Of a stretch of DNA of 64,000 nt, positions 29,192 to 38,172 are shown in pieces. The position numbers and the translations under genes are program-made. The notes below the pieces were generated by a model. That model saw only the letters and a list, made by a program, of their open reading frames with translations. It ran no database searches and had not been told where the DNA came from. Origin of the DNA: Longimicrobiales bacterium (GTDB lineage: Bacteria > Gemmatimonadota > Gemmatimonadetes > Longimicrobiales > Gaopeijiaceae); assembly GCA_965202985.1 (NCBI GenBank), contig CBDBCF010000002.1, positions 192,001 to 256,000 of the forward strand, read 5' to 3'. Numbering within the stretch: the first letter of the stretch is position 1; every line of letters begins with the position of its first letter.

Positions 29192-29356
29192 GGCAGAGTA
29201 CTCGGGGTCCGCACTCGAAGAACCCCAGACGAAGAAGGAAGGCGCAGTGACGGAACGCCCGACATGTTCACGTGGCATGGGGCTCCGCCTTCTTCGCGCT
29301 TACGTTGCTTTGGGTGTTCGCCTAACTCGGAGCTAGTGGCCAAGTCCCCGGCTGCC
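29192..29356 (+). ncRNA. Candidate structured RNA (irregular rod, ~165 nt)
   Basis: Nested pairings GGCAG/CTGCC, CGGGG/CCCCG, GAACCCCAGA/TTTGGGTGTTC, CGAAGAAGG/CCTTCTTCG, GCCC/GGGC and CATG/CATG; TTGACC at 29151 upstream. Confidence 0.45.
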
Positions 29357-29403
29357 TCCCGGGAACCTGGAGCAGAGATAGGGAGACTACCCCAGTTAGA
29401 ACG

Positions 29404-30639
29404 ATGAACGTTTGGCGGTCCCTGTTCGCATCCGCGGTGCCGACAACCTGCTGGGTTCTGGCTTCGTGCGCCGCGCAGACGCCTGGGCAGCAATGGGTGG
29501 AGGCTGCCGACCCGGCGCTCGAAGCGATGGCGACGCGGTTGCTCCCGGAGGTCTCTCGTCGCTCGGGGATGCCGATCCGCCGGCCCGTGCACGTGGCCCT
29601 TCGCAGCCGCGACGCTCTGGAAACCTACTTGCGCGCCAAGCTGGCCGAGGACCTTCCGCCGCAGGAAGCCGAACGGGTCGTCGCGGCCTACTCGCTGCTG
29701 GGCTTGGTGGAACCGGACCTGGACCTCGAATCCGTGCTGCTGTCGGTCTACCTGGAGCAGGTCGTGGGCTTCTACGAGCCCGACTCGCTCGCGCTCTTCG
29801 TCGTGGAAGGCCAGGACGACGCCGTCTTGGAGCCGGTTCTGGTCCACGAACTGGTGCACGCTCTGCAGGACCAGTACCGCAACCTGGACTCCCTGACGGC
29901 CCGCGAGCGCGGCAACGACGCTCGCACGGCGGCCCAGGCGGCGTTGGAGGGCCACGCCACCCTGGTCATGATGGAGTGGGCCATGAGCCGCAGCGCGGGC
30001 GGCGACGTGGACTTGACAAGCCTTCCCGGCCTGGACGCCGGCTTGGAGGCCGTTCTGGGGGCCGCGGAGTCAGACTTTCCCCGGTTGTCGGAAGCTCCTC
30101 GGGTGGTGCGCGAAGGGCTGCTGTACCCCTACGTCGAAGGCGCGCGTTTCGCCGCTGCGGTCCGGCGCGCCACCGGAGAGCGTGCATCGGCGCTGGGTCG
30201 CCACCTGCCCCAATCCACGGAGCAGGTGTCCGATCCGGCGCGCCTCCTGGGGTCGCCGACCGACGCACCCGTACGCCTCGTGTTCGGGGGCGAGAACCGG
30301 CCCGTCTTCCAGGACAACCTGGGTCGGCTGGAGCTGGGCATCCTGCTGGCAGAGCGGGGTGGGGGCGCCCGCGTTGCCGACCTGGCCACCGGGTGGGCCG
30401 GGGACCAGTACGCGCTGTACGGCGCCCCGGGCGCGTGGTCGCTTCGCTGGGTGGTGCTGTGGGACGACGAGGCCGAGCGCGACGCCTTCTTGCGGTGGGC
30501 GGCGGCGGGCGGCGCGCCTCCGGGTGCCCAGGCGGGTCCGGTGGAGGTGGAAGGCTGGCCGGGGGCCGAGCTGGTCGTCGGGCGTCCGCCTCCGGGCGCG
30601 GTCCAGATACGGGCGGCGGCCCAGGGAGACGGCGGCTGA
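29404..30639 (+). CDS. Putative lipoprotein with HExxH zinc-metallopeptidase motif
   Basis: LASC lipobox, GFY, HELVHALQDQ, LEGHAT and GWAGD. Confidence 0.75.
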   Translation: MNVWRSLFASAVPTTCWVLASCAAQTPGQQWVEAADPALEAMATRLLPEVSRRSGMPIRRPVHVALRSRDALETYLRAKLAEDLPPQEAERVVAAYSLLGLVEPDLDLESVLLSVYLEQVVGFYEPDSLALFVVEGQDDAVLEPVLVHELVHALQDQYRNLDSLTARERGNDARTAAQAALEGHATLVMMEWAMSRSAGGDVDLTSLPGLDAGLEAVLGAAESDFPRLSEAPRVVREGLLYPYVEGARFAAAVRRATGERASALGRHLPQSTEQVSDPARLLGSPTDAPVRLVFGGENRPVFQDNLGRLELGILLAERGGGARVADLATGWAGDQYALYGAPGAWSLRWVVLWDDEAERDAFLRWAAAGGAPPGAQAGPVEVEGWPGAELVVGRPPPGAVQIRAAAQGDGG

Positions 30640-30650
30640 GCGTCGGCGTT

Positions 30651-31781
30651 GTGGTCCGCGTCTCGTCGGCGTCGGGCGGCTACGATGTGCACATCGGGCG
30701 GGGCGTGCGACGGCAGCTGCCCGACTTGGCCGGCGCGGCGGCACCGTCGGGCCAGTGCGCCGTGCTGTCGGACGACCAGGTCTTTGCGCACTGGGGCGCT
30801 CGCGCGGTTCGACTTCTGGAGGAAGGGGGGCTGGACGTGGTCTCGGCTACCTTTCCCGAAGGCGAGGCGTCCAAGACGCGGGACACCTGGGCCGCGCTGA
30901 CCGACGCCTTGTTGGAGGCGGGCCTGGGCCGCGACTGCGCCGTGGTGGCCCTGGGCGGGGGCGTGACGGGAGACGTGGCGGGGTTCGTGGCCGCCACCTA
31001 CCTGCGCGGCGTTCCGTTCGTCCAAGTCCCGACCACCACCTTGGCGATGATCGACGCCTCGGTCGGCGCCAAGACCGGCGTGGACCACCCCGCCGGCAAG
31101 AACCTCGTCGGCGCCTTCCATGCGCCCCGCGCCGTAGTGGCCGACACCGAGTTCCTGGACACGCTGGCGCCGGAACGACGGGCCGAAGGCTTCGCCGAAG
31201 CCGTCAAGCACGGGGCGGTCCTGGACGCGACCTACGCCGAGTGGCTGGCCGGCCGGGCCAACGAGCTGCTGGCCTGCGCACCCGCCGTCGTGGAGCGCGC
31301 GGTGGTCCGTTCCGTCGAGTTGAAGGCCGGCGTCGCGTCCGCCGACGAGTTCGAAGCCGGGCGTCGCCAAATCCTCAACTTCGGCCACACGGTGGGCCAC
31401 GCCCTGGAAGCCGCCTCCGGCTACGCCCTGCCGCACGGTCGAGCCGTCTCCGCCGGCATGGTGGCGGAAGCCCGGATGGGAGAGGCGCTGGGGGTAACCG
31501 CTCCGGGGACGGCGGCCCGAATCCGATCGATGGTCCGCGCGTTCGGCCTGCCGGACGAGCCCGACCAGGGCGCGAGCCCGCAGGCGCTGGCCGCGCTGAT
31601 GACCCGAGACAAGAAAGTGCGGGACGGAGTTGTCCATGTCGTGCTTCTGCAAGAACTGGGAACAGTGGCCGCGAACGCCACCGCATGGGCCCATCCCGTG
31701 CCGGTTCGCGAACTCGTTCCGCTCTTGGCGAATGCGCTTCGGCCGGGAAGGCTTGCGCCCCGCGAAGCCGGTCGGGTTTGA
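30651..31781 (+). CDS. aroB: 3-dehydroquinate synthase
   Basis: GGGVTGDVAGF, PTTTLAMIDASVGAKTG, LNFGHTVGHALE and HGRAV; start is GTG 30651 or CTG 30636. Confidence 0.95.
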   Translation: MVRVSSASGGYDVHIGRGVRRQLPDLAGAAAPSGQCAVLSDDQVFAHWGARAVRLLEEGGLDVVSATFPEGEASKTRDTWAALTDALLEAGLGRDCAVVALGGGVTGDVAGFVAATYLRGVPFVQVPTTTLAMIDASVGAKTGVDHPAGKNLVGAFHAPRAVVADTEFLDTLAPERRAEGFAEAVKHGAVLDATYAEWLAGRANELLACAPAVVERAVVRSVELKAGVASADEFEAGRRQILNFGHTVGHALEAASGYALPHGRAVSAGMVAEARMGEALGVTAPGTAARIRSMVRAFGLPDEPDQGASPQALAALMTRDKKVRDGVVHVVLLQELGTVAANATAWAHPVPVRELVPLLANALRPGRLAPREAGRV

Positions 31782-31841
31782 CGCAGCGTTCTCCCGACGC
31801 GAAATTCCACGTTACGCCCCGTCACGACGGCCGGAGGGCAA

Positions 31842-33473
31842 ATGGCGCCACGAGAGCGCGCGCCGGACCTTACAATCTCGACCGTTCTAGCACGCCGTGC
31901 CGCGGAGGAGCCCAGCCCGGCGTTCCTTCTGTCGGACGGCGATGCTCTGTCGTACGCCGAAGCCGAAGCGCAAGCGACCGCGATCGCCGCGGCCCTGGCG
32001 AACCTGGGCGTCGCAGCGGGCGACCGAATCGCCTTGGTGCTGCCGGCTTGGCCCGAGTTCGCGGTCACGGTCTTCGCCGCGGCCAAGCTGGGCGCGTCGG
32101 TGGTCCCGCTCAACCCGCGGCTCACCGTCCCCGAGCTTCGGTACAAGCTGCGCCATTCGGGCGCCACGTGCGCCGTCTCCGCCGAGGACGCCTACGGCAT
32201 CGACTACCTCCAAGTCTTCGAGGACCTGCTGTCCGACCTTCCGGACCTCCACCACTTGGTCACAGTGGGTCGGGAGGACCTGTGGTACGACGACCGCATC
32301 TTCCAGTGGGAGGACCTGCTGTCCGCGGGCAAGGGCAGGGAGCTTGGCGCCCGTTCCGGCGACGCCGACTCGCCGTTCGCGCTCTTGTACACGTCGGGCA
32401 CCACGGGAAAGCCCAAGGGCGTGAACCTCAGCCAAGCCAACCTGCTCCACGCCGCTTCCGAGACGGCGAACGCCGCGGGCTTGAAATCCGGCGACGTGGT
32501 GGTGGGCGCGACCGCCCTCTTCGACGCGTTCGGCCTGGGCCCCGCTCTCCTGGGAACCCTGTTGCAGGGCGCCGGCCTGCTCCTCCAGGACGACTTCGAC
32601 CCGCTGGCCACGCTGGACTTGGCCGACCAGCGCCGGGCCACGGTCCACTACGGCGCGCCTTCGCAGTTCGCCATGGAGACGCGCGAGATCGAGGACGGCG
32701 TCCGCCGGGCGCCCCCCGCCTTGCGGGTCTGCATGACCGCGGGCGGGCCGGTGACCGACGACCTGGCGCGGCGCGTGGAGGCGTGCTTCGGCGTGCCCCT
32801 GCTGGCCGCGTACTCCTTGACCGAAGCCGCGTCCACCGTTGCCGTCGGCACGCTCCGGGACCCCGGCGAGAAACGCCGATTCACCGTCGGGCGACCGGTG
32901 GGCGGCACGTCGCTCCGAGTAACCGACGAAGCCGGCGTCTCGCTCCCCTCCGAGAGCGTGGGCGAGATTCGGGTCCGGGGCCCGGGCGTCATGCTGGGCT
33001 ACCATCGGCAGCCCGGCGCGACCGCATCGGCGATCGACCCCGACGGCTACCTGCGCACCGGCGATCTGGGCATGGTGGACGAGGACGGCTACCTGCACTT
33101 GGTGGGCCGGCAGGTGGACGTGATCGCCCGAGGCGGCTTTGACGTGCACCCCCAGGAGGTGGAAGACCGCTTGGCGGCTCATCCGGCGGTGGACCGGGCC
33201 GCGGTGCTGGGCGTGCCCGACGACGAGCTGGGCGAGGCGGTGTGCGCCTGCGTGGTTCGAGTCGAGGGGGGCGTGGTCACCGAGCAGGAGCTCCGGAAGT
33301 GGAGCGCGCTCGACTTGGCCAAGTACAAACTGCCGGATTGGATTACGTTCATGGACGACCTTCCCCTGACCAGCACCGGAAAGGTGCGGCGCCTCGAGCT
33401 GGCTCGTCGCTTGGCAGAAAGCGGGCGGGAGCCCGGGGCGGGGAAGCACGTCGAAACGAAGGAAAACGGATAA
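31842..33473 (+). CDS. Class I adenylate-forming enzyme (acyl-CoA ligase)
   Basis: YTSGTTGKPKG, YSLTE, RTGDLG and TGKV. Confidence 0.92.
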   Translation: MAPRERAPDLTISTVLARRAAEEPSPAFLLSDGDALSYAEAEAQATAIAAALANLGVAAGDRIALVLPAWPEFAVTVFAAAKLGASVVPLNPRLTVPELRYKLRHSGATCAVSAEDAYGIDYLQVFEDLLSDLPDLHHLVTVGREDLWYDDRIFQWEDLLSAGKGRELGARSGDADSPFALLYTSGTTGKPKGVNLSQANLLHAASETANAAGLKSGDVVVGATALFDAFGLGPALLGTLLQGAGLLLQDDFDPLATLDLADQRRATVHYGAPSQFAMETREIEDGVRRAPPALRVCMTAGGPVTDDLARRVEACFGVPLLAAYSLTEAASTVAVGTLRDPGEKRRFTVGRPVGGTSLRVTDEAGVSLPSESVGEIRVRGPGVMLGYHRQPGATASAIDPDGYLRTGDLGMVDEDGYLHLVGRQVDVIARGGFDVHPQEVEDRLAAHPAVDRAAVLGVPDDELGEAVCACVVRVEGGVVTEQELRKWSALDLAKYKLPDWITFMDDLPLTSTGKVRRLELARRLAESGREPGAGKHVETKENG

Positions 33474-33475
33474 GG

Positions 33476-35365
33476 ATGCAGAACCACTACTCGACAAAAC
33501 ACGCTGGACGGGCGTCTCCGAGCGTCGCCGAGGCGGCCCCGAACGCCGCGCTGCTCATCGACTTCGACAACGTGACGATGGGCATGCGGAGCGACTTGGC
33601 CAAGGAACTCAAGAACCTCCTGGACTCGGACATCATCAAAGGCAAGGTGACGGTGCAGCGGGCCTACGCCGACTGGCGCCGGTACCCGCAGTACATCGTG
33701 CCCCTGTCGGAAGCGTCGATCGACCTGATCTTCGCCCCCGCATACGGAAGCTCGAAGAAGAACGCCACCGACATCCGCATGGCGATCGACGGGATGGAGC
33801 TCGTCTTCATTCGCCCGGAGATCGGGACGTTCATCCTGCTCACGGGCGACTCGGACTTCTCCAGCCTGGTCCTCAAGCTCAAGGAGTACGGCAAGTACGT
33901 GATCGGGATCGGGCTCCAGGAGTCCAGCTCCGACATCCTGGTCCAGAACTGCGACGAGTACTACTCCTACACGTCGCTGACGGGCCTGAGCCGAACGTCG
34001 GAGGGCGGCGGCCCCGAGAAGCCCGATCCCTGGCAGTGCGTCTCGGATGCGATGGCGCGCATGACCGCCCGGGGCGACGTGATGCGGTCGGACCGGCTGA
34101 AGCAGGTCATGATCGAGATCGCGCCCGACTTCGACGAGAGCAACTTGGGCTACCGCAAGTTCTCCAAGTTCCTGTTCGCAGCCGCCAACAAGGGGCTTCT
34201 CCGGATCGAGCGCGGCGAGAACGGCCAGTACTCGGTCGCGCCGCCGGGCGGAGCGGGCGCGGCGAAGGCGCCGGCGGGCAAGGCGAAGGGCGAGGGCAAA
34301 GCGTCGGCTTCCGGGAAGACGCAGGCCTCGGGGAAGGCGTTGGTTGCGGCAAGAGCACCGGCGGCAGAGAAGGCCCCGGCGGCCGCCCAGCCCGCGGCCA
34401 AGGGTCGCTCGGCGGCGAAGCGTTCGCGAGCGCCCGCCACGGACCAAGCTTCTGCGGGCGCGGCAAGTCCCGCTTCGGGCGACCGAACCGGAACCGGCGA
34501 GGCAGCCGTCAATGGAGAGAGTGGCCGGCCGCCGGCAGCAGACCCCGGGCCCGCGCTGGATCTGCTGCGGCGCGTGCTGCGGGAGTCCGGCGACAAGGGA
34601 CGCCAGGGCGTTCGCGACTCGGAGGTCAAGCGTCGCCTTCTCGCCTTGGACGAGGGCTTTGACGAGAGCGCACTGGGCTTCTCGAAGTTCGGCAAGTTTC
34701 TGCACTTCGCGCGGGACTCGGGGGCCGTTTCGCTGGCGGGACTGGACGGCGGCGGCTACGAGGTGCGGTTGACCGCCGACGGCAGGAGGGGCTCGACCGG
34801 CGCATCGTCAAAGGACGGCGGAAGGCCGCGCGATCGTCGACGCCGGTCCGGCGAGTCGAAGAGCACAGCCGCCAAGTCCGGCGTCGACGCCAAGGCTATG
34901 GGGCTCCCGACCACGACGGAGGCCGCGACGAGCTACTTGGCGCACAGCTACCGGGGTGTGGGCGTGAAGACGGCCAAGACCTTGGTGGAGACCTTCGGCG
35001 ACGACTTGTTCGGCGTGCTGCAGGATGCTCCGGACAAGGTTCGCGCTCTGTTGCCGCGGGGCAGGGCGGAACGGGTGCTGTCGGCTTGGAGGGAGGACTA
35101 CGGGCGTCGGAAGGCTGCGATGCCGGCCCAACCCGCCGTCAGGGGCGGAGGGCCGCCGCCTCGGGCCCAGCCGAAGACGGACGCGCCGACTCCGCCTCGC
35201 CGGGAGCCGGCCAACGCGGTTCAGAAGCCGGCCGACGCAATCCGGGAGCGGGCTGGCGCAGGCGCGGCTGCCGGCGCCGGTTCGAGGACGCCCGCGGAGA
35301 AGAAGTCCTCGCCGGGGCTCATGGGGCTCTTTCGGCGGCGCGGCAGGGGGGATGGTGGCGGCTGA
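33476..35365 (+). CDS. NYN-domain protein with two OST-HTH/LOTUS domains and a C-terminal HhH domain
   Basis: LIDFDNV, KNATDIRMAIDG and TGDSDF; FDESNLGYRKFSKFL and FDESALGFSKFGKFL; GVGVKTAKTLVETFG. Confidence 0.88.
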   Translation: MQNHYSTKHAGRASPSVAEAAPNAALLIDFDNVTMGMRSDLAKELKNLLDSDIIKGKVTVQRAYADWRRYPQYIVPLSEASIDLIFAPAYGSSKKNATDIRMAIDGMELVFIRPEIGTFILLTGDSDFSSLVLKLKEYGKYVIGIGLQESSSDILVQNCDEYYSYTSLTGLSRTSEGGGPEKPDPWQCVSDAMARMTARGDVMRSDRLKQVMIEIAPDFDESNLGYRKFSKFLFAAANKGLLRIERGENGQYSVAPPGGAGAAKAPAGKAKGEGKASASGKTQASGKALVAARAPAAEKAPAAAQPAAKGRSAAKRSRAPATDQASAGAASPASGDRTGTGEAAVNGESGRPPAADPGPALDLLRRVLRESGDKGRQGVRDSEVKRRLLALDEGFDESALGFSKFGKFLHFARDSGAVSLAGLDGGGYEVRLTADGRRGSTGASSKDGGRPRDRRRRSGESKSTAAKSGVDAKAMGLPTTTEAATSYLAHSYRGVGVKTAKTLVETFGDDLFGVLQDAPDKVRALLPRGRAERVLSAWREDYGRRKAAMPAQPAVRGGGPPPRAQPKTDAPTPPRREPANAVQKPADAIRERAGAGAAAGAGSRTPAEKKSSPGLMGLFRRRGRGDGGG

Positions 35366-35948
35366 ACCCGGTCTGCCCGAGGGTCTTCTGGGCGAGGACT
35401 GCGCGCAGGCGGCCCGCAATCTGCTTGGAAGCGTCCTTGTCTCCACGGTGGACGACGCGGAGACCAGCGGCGTCATCGTCGAGACGGAGGCGTACTTGGG
35501 GCCGCGCGACCCCGCCAGTCACGCCCGCACCGCCACGGGCAGAACCAGCCGCAACGAGGCCATGTTCGGAGACCGGGGCACTCTGTACGTCTACTTGTCC
35601 CACGGCATCCACCACTGCGCCAACATCGTGACCGGCGAGCGGAACGACCCGGCCGCCGTGCTGGTTCGGGCGCTGGATCCCTGCAGCGGGATGGGGCGCA
35701 TGGCGCGGCGACGGGGCCGCGACGCCGACCTCTGCAACGGTCCGGGCCGCTTGGCGCAAGCGTTGGGGATCACGCTTCGCCACAACGGGCACCCCCTGTC
35801 GCGGCCCCCGGTGCGCCTGGCCGCCGGCCGCGCCTTCGAGGACGACGAGGTCGGCGTCTCCGGCCGGGTCGGCGTATCGCGCGCGGCCGACTGGCCCTTG
35901 CGCTTCTTCGTCAAGGGACACCCCGCGGTGAAGGCGCCCCGGTGGTAG
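35352..35948 (+). CDS. DNA-3-methyladenine glycosylase (MPG/AAG family)
   Basis: IVETEAYLG, YVYLSHGIHHC, GPGRLAQALGI and RVGVS. Confidence 0.93.
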   Translation: MVAAEPGLPEGLLGEDCAQAARNLLGSVLVSTVDDAETSGVIVETEAYLGPRDPASHARTATGRTSRNEAMFGDRGTLYVYLSHGIHHCANIVTGERNDPAAVLVRALDPCSGMGRMARRRGRDADLCNGPGRLAQALGITLRHNGHPLSRPPVRLAAGRAFEDDEVGVSGRVGVSRAADWPLRFFVKGHPAVKAPRW

Positions 35949-35982
35949 CAGCGTCTCGACCTGCCGGCTCCTGGGCACGGCG

Positions 35983-37401
35983 ATGATCGAGCCCACCTGG
36001 ATTTCCGTCCTCCCGCCGCTGCTGGCGATCGGGCTGGCGATCGCCACCCGCCAAGTCTACCTGTCGCTGGCGGGCGGCATCTGGCTGGGCTGGTCGATCC
36101 TCCACGGCTGGAACTTCGCCTCGGGGCTTGCCGAGGCCGTCGAGTCCGCCGTTCGCGTCTTGGCTTCGCCGGGCGACGCCAAGGTCGTCGTCTTCACCCT
36201 GGTCATGGGCGCGCTCATCGCCACGCTGAGCGGTTCCGGCGGCGTCGCCGGCTTCGTGGCGTGGCTGGAACGCAATCGGTGGGTCCACAACGGACGGCGC
36301 GCTCAGCTTCTGGCCTGGTTCACCGGCGTCGTGATCTTCATCGAGTCGAACATCACGGTCCTGGTTGCCGGTTCGGTCGCCCGGCCCCTCTTCGACCGCT
36401 ACCGGGCGTCCCGCGAGAAGCTGGCGTACATCATCGACTCGACCAGCGCCCCCATCTGCATCCTGATCCCCTTGAACGCTTGGGGCGCCTACAACATGCG
36501 TCTGCTGGGCGACGAAGGCGTGGCGAACCCGGTTGGCCTGCTCGTCCAGTCGATCCTCTTCAACTTCTACGCCCTCGCCGCCGTGGCCCTGGCCCTTGCC
36601 GCGATCCTCTTCAAGCTGGACTGGGGACCCATGAAGTCGGCCGAGTCCCGCGCGGCCCGGGGAGAGGTGCTGCGCCCCGGCGCCGTCCCCATGATGGACG
36701 AAAGCGTGCTGGGCGGACCGGAGCCCGGCCCCGTGCAGGCGCCGCCTCGGGCGGTCAACATGATCGTCCCCATCGCCGTCCTGGTGGCGCTCATGCCGCT
36801 GGGCCTCTGGATCACGGGCGACGGCGACGTCCTGAGCGGCGACGGCTCCACTTCCGTGCTCTGGGCGTCCCTGGGCGCCTTGGCCACGGCTTGGGTCCTC
36901 CTGCTCGCCCAGCGCGTCTCGTCGGTGGACCAGCTGACGAGGACGGCCCTGAAGGGCGCCGGCGGCTTGGTTCCTCTGGCCTTGATCCTGGTCTTGGCCC
37001 TGGCCTTGAAGGAAGTGGCGAGCGAGCTGGGGACGGGCGCCTACGTGGCCGGCGTGGCCCGGGACGCCCTGCCGCCGGCCGTCTTCCTGCCGCTGGTCTT
37101 TCTGGTGTCGTCGGCGATCGCGTTCTCGATCGGGTCCAGCTGGGGCACCTTCGCCATCATGATCCCCATCGCGGTGCCGGCCGCAGCCTTCATGGACCTG
37201 GCGCCGGCGCCGTTCCTGGCCGCAGCGCTGTCCGGCGGCATCTTCGGCGACCACTGTTCTCCGGTCAGCGACACCACGATCGTGTCTTCCATGGCCGCGG
37301 CCACCGACCACGTGGACCATGTGCGAACCCAGCTTCCGTACGCCCTGGCGGCGGGCGTGGCGGCCGCGGCGTGCTTCGTCGCGACAGGAGCCTTCCTCTA
37401 G
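35983..37401 (+). CDS. NhaC-family transporter
   Basis: SREKLAYIIDSTSAP, GSSWGTFAIM, GDHCSPVSDTT and HVRTQLPYA. Confidence 0.9.
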   Translation: MIEPTWISVLPPLLAIGLAIATRQVYLSLAGGIWLGWSILHGWNFASGLAEAVESAVRVLASPGDAKVVVFTLVMGALIATLSGSGGVAGFVAWLERNRWVHNGRRAQLLAWFTGVVIFIESNITVLVAGSVARPLFDRYRASREKLAYIIDSTSAPICILIPLNAWGAYNMRLLGDEGVANPVGLLVQSILFNFYALAAVALALAAILFKLDWGPMKSAESRAARGEVLRPGAVPMMDESVLGGPEPGPVQAPPRAVNMIVPIAVLVALMPLGLWITGDGDVLSGDGSTSVLWASLGALATAWVLLLAQRVSSVDQLTRTALKGAGGLVPLALILVLALALKEVASELGTGAYVAGVARDALPPAVFLPLVFLVSSAIAFSIGSSWGTFAIMIPIAVPAAAFMDLAPAPFLAAALSGGIFGDHCSPVSDTTIVSSMAAATDHVDHVRTQLPYALAAGVAAAACFVATGAFL

Positions 37402-38172
37402 ATGAACGTCTTGGTCTGCGCGAAGCGGGTGCCCGACACCGAGACCCGCGTTCGCATCGCCGAGGGCGGCACGGAGATCGACCGCAGCGGCGTGAAGCAC
37501 GTCCTGAGCCCCTACGACGAGTTTGCCCTGGAGGCGGCGCTGCAGGTCGTGGAAGGCGCGGACGAAGGCAAGGTGACGGTGCTGACCTTCGGAGGCGAGG
37601 ACGCGAAGGAGACTCTGCGTTCGGCGCTCGCCCTGGGGGCGGACGAGGCCGTGCTCCTGCAGGGCGAACCGACGATGGACGGGTGGGCCACGGCCCAGGT
37701 CCTGGCGGCCGGCATCGGGGAGTGGGAGGCCGGGGCCGACGGCCGGCGGGCCGAACTGGTGCTCTTCGGGGTCAAGGCCGTGGACGACGACCAGCAGCAG
37801 GTCGGTCCCATGGTGGCCGAGCTTCTGGGCCGCCCCTGCGCCACGGCGGTGGCCGAGATGGAGCTGGGCGACGGCGTGGCGATGTGCAAGCGCACCGTGG
37901 AGGGAGGCCGCGAGCGGGTCGAGATGGACTTGCCGGCGGTGGCCACGATCACCAAGGGGCGCTACGAGCCGCGCTACGCCTCCCTCCGGGGCATCATGGC
38001 CGCCAAGCGCAAGCCGCTGGTCGAGATCGACGCGGGGGCGGTCGACGCCGGCTTGGTGGTGGAGCGGCTTGAGCTTCCGCCGGCCCGGCCCGAGGGGCGG
38101 ATCGTGGGAGAGGGGCCGCCGGCGGCCGCCGAGCTGGTTCGCCTTTTGCGGGAAGAGGCGAAGGTCCTGTGA
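37402..38172 (+). CDS. etfB: Electron transfer flavoprotein beta subunit
   Basis: KRVPDT, PYDEFALEAAL and EPRYASLRGIMAAK. Confidence 0.95.
   Translation: MNVLVCAKRVPDTETRVRIAEGGTEIDRSGVKHVLSPYDEFALEAALQVVEGADEGKVTVLTFGGEDAKETLRSALALGADEAVLLQGEPTMDGWATAQVLAAGIGEWEAGADGRRAELVLFGVKAVDDDQQQVGPMVAELLGRPCATAVAEMELGDGVAMCKRTVEGGRERVEMDLPAVATITKGRYEPRYASLRGIMAAKRKPLVEIDAGAVDAGLVVERLELPPARPEGRIVGEGPPAAAELVRLLREEAKVL

Noticed and set aside
29360..29372. 13-mer CGGGAACCTGGAG also present inverted at 18504-18516
   Set aside because: Short enough to be expected by chance, and there is no shared context.
29192..29400. Lysine or c-di-GMP-I riboswitch
   Set aside because: Only scattered short matches (AGAGTA, CTAA, GCTGCC); the core motifs and their spacing are absent.
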